From Octopus vulgaris (lineage: Eukaryota): a stretch of 64,000 nt of DNA. Positions 56,225-64,000 of this stretch are shown piece after piece. Numbering within the stretch: the stretch's first letter is position 1; every line of letters starts with the position of its first letter. The stretch is taken from positions 79,608,001-79,672,000 of the forward strand of contig OX597823.1 in NCBI GenBank assembly GCA_951406725.2, read 5' to 3'. Both the position numbers and the translations under genes were made by a program. The notes under the pieces were generated by a model. That model made no database searches. It had not been told where the DNA came from and was given only the letters and a program-made list of their open reading frames with translations.

Positions 56225-56640
56225 CGGGAAGCTTTATGAAAATAAACAAAAGACGAAGGCAGGTGGAATACAAACAAACAATTGTATTAGTATGGCGCTC
56301 AGGAATATAAATAAAACAAGTCTTTCACGTTTCGAGCCTACGCTCTTCAACAGAAAGATACACAGAAAAGAAACACAGAAAGAAACAAGGAGAGAAAAGA
56401 ATGCGTGCAGAGGCTAGTGGGGGGGGGGGTTGTACATATGTGCTTGTCCCCCCCATAATCGCTTAACAACCAACGTTAGTGTGTCTACGTTACCGTAACT
56501 TAGCTGTTCGGCAAAAGACACCGATAGAATAAGTACTATGCTTGTAAAGAATAAGTCCTAGGATAGATTTGTTCGAGTGACGGTGGTGCTCCAGCACGGC
56601 CGCAGTCAAATGATTGAAACAAGTAAAAGAATAAAAGAAT
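56037..56640 (+). mobile_element. SINE family B with a nested hammerhead element (56222-56415, minus) in its internal (TA)n
   Basis: Head 56037-56175 and tail 56440-56640 flank the insert. Confidence 0.85.
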
Positions 56641-57207
56641 ACGTCATTGAAAAGATATTCTATTTGCGATGACTCTGAAATTTCAGATAATCTTTCAAGG
56701 GAGACAATTCATAAACATTTGCAAATAAATACAAGGGAAAGAATTCGTTATTCTTCCTCAAAAATGTAAGTCATGTTACAGTTATCTCCCTTGTTATTCT
56801 GCAAATATACATTCTTGAATTTTTACAGGAAATTGAAAACAAGAGAAGTATTTTCCTACTATTGGGGCTGAAACAAAGTGTGTGAAAGATTAGATTATGA
56901 TATGATACACTAGTATATTGTTTTATAAAGTAAGTTCGATGTTGAAGTTTCTTTAAAACCAGTTTGCATATTGTCTAGATTGCATTAAAATGTGTAAACG
57001 CAACTATGTCGGTTTATTTCTTGATTAAGAAAATTTGACGTGCTTTTGTACATTTCAAACATCATGTCGATACTGAGGGTATTAAGTCAGTACACTTATC
57101 TATACGGACTTAGTAGCCACAATGAGGAAGTCTAGGAATTATGTATCTATTTCAATGAAATCGGACAATTTAAAAAAAAAAAAACTGACAGAATTTTGTG
57201 TTTATTA

Positions 57208-57611
57208 TCTAATTTTTATATATAAAAGTGAAGTTGTGTGTCTGTCTCCTACGATTTAGATTCCTAACTACTCCCACATTTTGCGGTGCAGTTTAACCAA
57301 AACCGGGTATCTTATAGTCGTGATTCATATCGAGCCCTTCTGGGTATTAGCACGCATCTACGATGACTCTACGATTTTTAAAAAAATTTACCATCATTTT
57401 TTTCCATTTTAATGCATTTTTTCGCTATTATATAAGGGAAGTAACTCTCTAAAAATGTCTACGATGAGTCAACGATTTAAAAAAAAATTACCATCATTTT
57501 TTTTTTCCATTTTTAATGCATTTTTTTGCTATTTTTTGGCTATAACTCTCTAAAAATGCTTATATAGTTATTTCCATTACAAACCCGAGCAACGCCGGGC
57601 GATACTGCTAG
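57208..57611 (+). mobile_element. Non-autonomous Helitron, second family, with ~100-bp internal tandem duplication
   Basis: Termini shared with the 11157 family (tatataaa...gaagttgt; cccgagcaacgccgggcgatactgctag), different interior. Confidence 0.83.
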
Positions 57612-58096
57612 TATATTTATAAATCTTACGTCAAATCTATAGTGAAAATTTTTAACATGTACTCAGTCTGTATCCTTGCATATTTTAAATCTACCCTTAG
57701 CGTTACACATTTGAATACATTTCCGGAACGCGTTCTTAAAGTTCAGCTAAACTATTACACCATTCGGGGAACTGAGATAGAGAAAATGATTGCAGCCAAA
57801 TTGAGAAAAAAAAGCTATCGGGGACAGATAAACGCGATCTAACAGGAATTAAAATAAAATTATAGGAAAAATGTAATATTATAAAAAATTATAAATGTTT
57901 TGCAAACAACGTGTACATGCAAGTGCTACCAGTCGAAAGCTCCGCATACCAGAAGCCAGCAAGTGTAGGGGGGTCATCAGGAGAGAATGAGCGCTGTTTC
58001 GGGGCTTACCGTTCGACGACATCAATGCACACCAGCCCTCCTCATGATATGAGGCCCTGCTTGCTAGATCAACTGGCTATCAAATAAAGTTTAATA

Positions 58097-58264
58097 CAGG
58101 CGCAGGAGTGGGTGGGTGTGTGGTAAGTAGCTTGCTTACCAACCACATGGTTCTGGGTTCATTCACACTGCGTGGTACCTTTGGCAAGTGTCTTCTACTA
58201 TAGCCTCGAACCGACCAAAGCTTTGTGAGTGGATTTGGTAGACAGAAACTGAAAGAAGCCCGTC

Positions 58265-58332
<68 letters not shown>

Positions 58333-58555
58333 TATATGTATGTGTGGATATGTTTGTGTGCCTGTGATTGTCCACCAAACTTCGCTTGACAACCGATGCT
58401 GGTGTGTTTACGTCTCCGTAACTTAGCGGTTCGGCAAAAGAGACCGATAGAATAAGTACTAGGCTTACAAAGAATAAGTCCTGGGCTCGATTTGCTCGAC
58501 CAAAGGCGGTGATCCAGTATGGCAGCAGTCAAATGACTGAAACAAGTAAAAGAGT
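58097..58555 (+). mobile_element. SINE family B, full length
   Basis: Complete motifs. Confidence 0.92.
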
Positions 58556-59171
58556 ATTCTTCTAGCCATCGCTCTTCGCCCCTTTTTAAACCTAATCCAG
58601 TGGCTAGCCTCTTCCACTGTAGTTTTGTGTTTATTATTTAATTATGAAACAAAAATAAATATATTTATAAATCTTACGTCAAATCTTTATTGAAAGTTTT
58701 TACCATGTGCTTAGTCTGCATCCCTGCAAATTATAAATCTACTCTTTGCGTTACACACTTGGAGCATTTCCGGAGTTATCTCCTGCACTGCAAACGGAAC
58801 GTGGCTACATGTGATTTCAGATTTTATACGCTTTTATTAAAATTGGCAGTAACATTGAAATTTCAAAATTTCTGCCAGTTAACACAGCATCGGACACTCA
58901 CACGGTGGCTTGCTGGCCAAAAATTCGAAATTAGCCGATTATTTACTTGTTAGAGTACAACAAATTTGTACTTTACCAAAGATGTTCAGTATTGCTTCAA
59001 TTTGAAGAAAGATTGATTTTATTATAACATAAACACACACACACACACATAAAACGTTCTTCACAGGATTTTTATCTACATAGCCGACGCCTACGAAGTG
59101 CTATTCTCGAAAGGTCATATCTTCCCACTTAACTTGCCCTCTTAAACTTTCATCGTGCCTCAAACTAATAA

Positions 59172-59488
59172 GGCGTTCCTTCGTTTTAACTCGACAAAAC
59201 CATAACAAGACCTCGGCTGTTTCCGTGTCAACTCGACAATTCACTTCGGATATCTTCGTGACCTCCGTGACAGTGTGCGTGTTCTGTTGTTTTTATGTAT
59301 TTATGTGTTGTGGAATATAGACATAACGAAATTATGACAGCAAAATGCTTTGCATATTTGTTCTTACCTACTTCATGTGTGTATGTAAAACCCGCAAATT
59401 TTCGGAGGTCACGAAGATATCCGAAGTGAATTGTCGGAAACAACCGAGATCTTGTTATAGTTTTGTCGGGTTAAAACGAAGGAACGCC
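59172..59488. mobile_element. MITE with ~90-bp TIRs and 8-bp TSD (Merlin-like)
   Basis: GGCGTTCCTTCG...CGAAGGAACGCC; flanks actaataa / actaacaa. Confidence 0.82.
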
Positions 59489-59697
59489 ACTAACAATATT
59501 AACTGTGAATGTCTCTTTGACTTTTGCATTTTTTTTTCTTTTCATGTTTCAATTCTTTGTTCGTTATCGATTTGCCTTATATACTTTCAGTTATAGTGTA
59601 TTGTTCACTTGCCCTAAGATGCTAGCTGTAACTCGGCAAGTAACTGCAACAAACATTAAAAGAAAATATCAAGAACAACAACAACAGCAGCAGCAAC

Positions 59698-60062
59698 AGG
59701 AGGCGCAATGGCCCAGTGGTTAGGGCAGCGTACCCACGGTCGGAGGTTTCGATTCCCAGACCGGTTGTTGTGTGTGTTTATTGAGTGAAAACACCTAAAG
59801 CTCCACGAGGCTCCGGCATGGGGTGGTGTCGACCCCTGTTGTACTCTTTCGCTCCAACTTTCTCTCACTCTTTCTTCCTGTTTCTTGTCCCCGACTTCCT
59901 ACACAACCGCTGAGCCTGGATGTGCATTCATCCATCCGTCGATGCTCTCGGTGTCGGGGGTTGACCTGCTTTCTCTTCTGTGGGTCTTACAAATAGCAAA
60001 GGACCACGTTTCGGACTTCTGCCACTGGGACGAAGACCGCTTCGATCAACAAACAAACAAAC
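59698..60062 (+). mobile_element. SINE family C with a third tail type and (CAAA)n end
   Basis: Head 'ggaggcgcaatggcccagtggttagggcagc'; shared body. Confidence 0.85.
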
Positions 60063-61529
60063 AATAATAATAATAATAACAATAATGACGATGATGATGA
60101 TTTCTTTATTGACCACAAAGGGTTGACATCAAGAAAAACTTTATAGATAGCACATGACAAAACATTGGATGTATGTGAGTATATATATGTGTGTGTGTGT
60201 TGTTGTGAGGGTTTTGCGGATCTTATGAATTAACTTGCCATTACACTTTTGCTGTGGTCTGGTTAAAAGCACTATAACCATCTGACTTTACCTAACGTCG
60301 GCAGAACAACTAACAAGGACTGAACGTTGAGCTATGCGGAAGTTAATTGTTAGATTAAGAGCTTAACGGTCCCGAGATTAAATCAAATTACAGTGGAAAA
60401 AAATAAAACAAAACAAAACTACTATAGTAAAATTTACACATACTTTAGACTAGCAAACAGAAAGATTAATTGTATTTTCTTTCATTCAAGCCTTCTTAAA
60501 ACATACATAAACAATGTGGGTGGGGCTCGTTAATTGCATGCATTAGCATAAAGTTTGGGTGAGTATAAAATTACTGAAAATGAAGCGATGGAAAATTTCA
60601 GACAGATGCTATTTACTCAACTTATAAGAAAAAAACAAATCTTGATTCCTTTCAACATGTTACTTACCTGCTATTATTGGCTGCTAAGATGTAGACAAAA
60701 AGTCTGTTAGTTTAATAATCATCTGACAAGTTAAAGCAAATATCAAGTTTTTAAAAAATGTGACTAAGGGCCTTTTTTTATATATATGTATATACATACA
60801 TATAAAAAAATATTGCTAACGGTTGTAGAATGGAAAACAGCGAAAGAAGAAGACGGAAAAAGTTCTGAAAGTTAAAAAGTTTAAAAAGTAAAAAAAGAAA
60901 TGGGTTAGTAAACATTTCTTGAGAGAACGAATAAAATGTATAGAATACATGGTATGAATAAACCGAAACACTGCCACCTGACACAATAATGGTTAACGAG
61001 GAATTAAGAGGAATTCTCTATGCGGTCACTCACACTATTAGATACAGAAGCCAGATATTCCTCAAATCTAGCCTACGGCCTTAAAAAAAGCAATGCATGG
61101 ACAATGTAGCCCCAGATACTAGTATGCTCAAATAGAGTTTGGATATCATTGATTGAATGTTTTTGATCATAGATTAGCTCAACTAGGTTTGACTCTGGTT
61201 TCGCCTGGGTTTAAAAATTGCCAGCAGAGAACCTCTATTTTGTTACGTGACTTGCTAAAAAACATTTACCTGAAATCACACATTTTCTCCGACGTTCAAC
61301 TAATCTACTGCTCTCTGTGCAGTTTAAGCTAATATTAATTCATTAAAAGCAGTTTCTCATTTAGTCACAGTGTACAAGGGAAGAAAATGTGATTTTGTGA
61401 TGTGTTTCTGAAGATCAAGGATGAAGTAAATTAACACGAATTAAGCACAGAAACTAATTGGGTCATAGATTATTATAATATACGAGCAAAACGCCCCCCC
61501 TCCCGTGCTGAGTTGTCAAACATATATAT

Positions 61530-61838
61530 ATATATATTATATAAATTAGAGAAACACTACTATTATGCAATTCAAACAATGGTAGACATAAACCAAATCA
61601 TAAATAAAAAATAAAATATATTTTTAAAAACATAACTAGATCACAAAGAGTACAAAAATGAATAAACAATATATAATTTTTTTTACTTATTATATATTGT
61701 TAATACATTTTTGTCCTTTTTGTGATCTATTTATATGTTTTAAAAAATATATTTTATTTTTTATTTATGATTTGGTTTTTGTCTACCATTGTTTTGCATT
61801 GCATAATAGTGGTGTTTCTCTAATTTATATATTATATA
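61530..61838. repeat. AT-rich long hairpin (~145-bp arms, ~12-nt loop) between TA tracts
   Basis: Arms are near reverse complements. Confidence 0.9.
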
Positions 61839-61912
61839 TTTATATTGTGAAACTTGATTTAATACTAAATTGAATTTTTCCCTGTAAGTTTGGAGTTATA
61901 CTCCCTAATATA

Positions 61913-61967
<55 letters not shown>

Positions 61968-61994
61968 ATATACATTCTTCTGTGTACGTATGTA

Positions 61995-62054
<60 letters not shown>

Positions 62055-62569
62055 ACAGTAAGCAAATTGTTGCTCTTACGTTTATTTCGTTTCCATTACG
62101 ATCGCAAAACAAGATCCATGAATGAATACAAATTATAATCAATTTGAATCATCATAGATCGTGTCCTTAGACAATTAATTAAAATACGACTCGGACCTAA
62201 TTTAATATATGTTTCTAGATAAATATTATTAGATTTGAAAACAAAGTAGGACCAGATTATAATATCATAAGACTTCAATGACACAATTATTATATAGAAA
62301 ATTGAGTTGAGTGTGCAGCGCTGATGTAGAAGCCCCAAACCCTTGGTATCAAGCAAGTTTAACTTAAAAGCAACTGAGTAACTACACACACATACCTAAA
62401 TAACATATTTATTGGAGGAGTCACTAAGCATTCACTTGACTTGTTGGAAACTGTACCCAAATCTCTCTCAAATCGCATATCATTTCTTCCCTCTTAAATA
62501 AGGAGGGTTACATTGGACTATGTTGTTTCAATATATCTATATATAAAGAAAGAAAGACATAGATAGATG

Positions 62570-62639
<70 letters not shown>

Positions 62640-62646
<7 letters not shown>

Positions 62647-62658
62647 AGTCCAATACAC

Positions 62659-62691
<33 letters not shown>

Positions 62692-63340
62692 CTTTAGTTT
62701 GTCAGGTGCCTCTGGTTTTTTGGCGTAAGAGAATACAGCCTTAATGCCCTTGGTGTAAAAACATCCGAAAGCGGGTCATAGCCAAATGAGACAATACACA
62801 AGATTCCATTTTTTTTTTCAGAGCGAAAGATATCGCTGTTTCGTCATTGTCTCGTTTGACTATTCCCTACTTTCGGGTGTTTTTACACCAAGGCCATTGA
62901 GATTATATTCTCTTACACCTAAAAAGAAAACTCAGCCGCCCAACAAACTAACAACACACACCTCGTGTATGCGTTCGACTTTGTCTATATCTCTCGAGCT
63001 GCTTCTAATTAATATTTGAATTGTTTTTCTAGGACATGACATATTCAGATATGCCAGCAGATGGTTCTTAAGCCATTTAGCATATAGTCATAGCCAGTTG
63101 GACAGCTCACAGCAAGCCCCATGCTCGGGAGGTGGCATTGAGAAGCCACAACAATAATGAAATATTGATGTCTGTCGCTCCGAAAACAAGGAATCTGATG
63201 CGAGTTGTCTAACTTGAATATGGGCAGTTTTCAGGTGTTTTTACACTAAGGGTATTGAGATTGTATTCTCTTACACCTAAAAAACGAGGCCACCCGATAA
63301 ACTAACACTTCGTGCATGTGTGTTCGACTTGTTTATATAC
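62640..63340. repeat. Inverted-repeat element (~150-bp arms) plus a third direct copy of the right arm
   Basis: 62640-62795 is inverted relative to 62845-62992; 63228-63340 repeats the right arm. Confidence 0.8.
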
Positions 63341-63341
63341 C

Positions 63342-63375
<34 letters not shown>

Positions 63376-63723
63376 ATACGAAACCACCTATAGGAAAAAC
63401 ACTTATGGGAAAAACCAGATAAAACCTAAACACCAACCTACTACGACAAAACAAAACTTCAGACCTCAAAACAACACCAAAAGAAATGCAGTTTTCTCTT
63501 ATAATAGACAAAGATACCTCAGTCCTATAAGAAACACAGATTTGCGATCATACGCAGATATAACAAGAAATAAGGTAACATACAACCCCAACTAAAGTAA
63601 AAATAGAACTCTCCAGAGACCAAATCATAAACCCAAACGAACCACACGAAACAAAGAAAAAATAATGAGTCAATCCCCAATCCACCAACCAATAACATGC
63701 TTACCTTTGAATAACCAACCTAA

Positions 63724-64000
63724 AATATTTACAAACAGAAAAATACAAAATTCCCGCATAAACGCTCCCAACTCGAGTGGAAATCATTATTTAAGACAGA
63801 TCTACCACACAAAAAATGGAAAAAAAACACCATTCTTCACGTGACATTAGAAAACAAACACATAAGTAAACCGAAAATACTAAATTTATCCACTAAGAAA
63901 TCATCTAAAGAAGAAATTAAACTCCTCGAAAATAGATTGAAAGTTATACCCAACCAAATTGAACTAATAAAAGACACAGAAGAATTTTGCCGAAAATTAC
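63724..64000 (+). mobile_element. Penelope-like element ORF, N-terminal region preceding the RT, runs off the window
   Basis: Open frame ending KILNLSTKKSSKEEIKLLENRLKVIPNQIELIKDTEEFCRKL, matching the PLE motif I.NLS..L...E..LL.KGLKF.P...D.EEF.RKL. Confidence 0.75.

Noticed and set aside
59698-59765. tRNA-Arg-like gene (also at about 49430-49492)
   Set aside because: Incomplete cloverleaf that continues into a SINE body; these are SINE heads.

Overview
AT-rich, repeat-saturated eukaryotic DNA. The SINE families and microsatellite spectrum strongly suggest a cephalopod genome, probably Octopus (inference). No intact host gene, rRNA or true tRNA is supported, and almost all listed ORFs are microsatellite artefacts. 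The window is a layered transposon landscape. It holds several tRNA-derived SINE families (at least 30 copies) and fragments of CR1/L2-like, RTE and R4/Dong-like LINEs. DNA transposons include a maT/Tc1-mariner element, a deleted mariner, a Chapaev3-like element, Merlin-like relics and a MITE, a pogo-like MITE and non-autonomous Helitrons. The start of a Penelope-like RT ORF lies at the right edge. The most interesting signal is a dispersed set of type I hammerhead-ribozyme folds: near-canonical at about 12677, 26397 and 35625, and a recurrent non-canonical-core family at about 24880, 46760, 49100, 51020 and 56330. Most sit in short non-coding elements beside (TA)n tracts and/or carry terminal direct or inverted repeats, consistent with a Penelope-dependent, retrozyme-like system. 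Several large fold-back palindromes may be by-products of it. All calls were read by eye and no searches were run.
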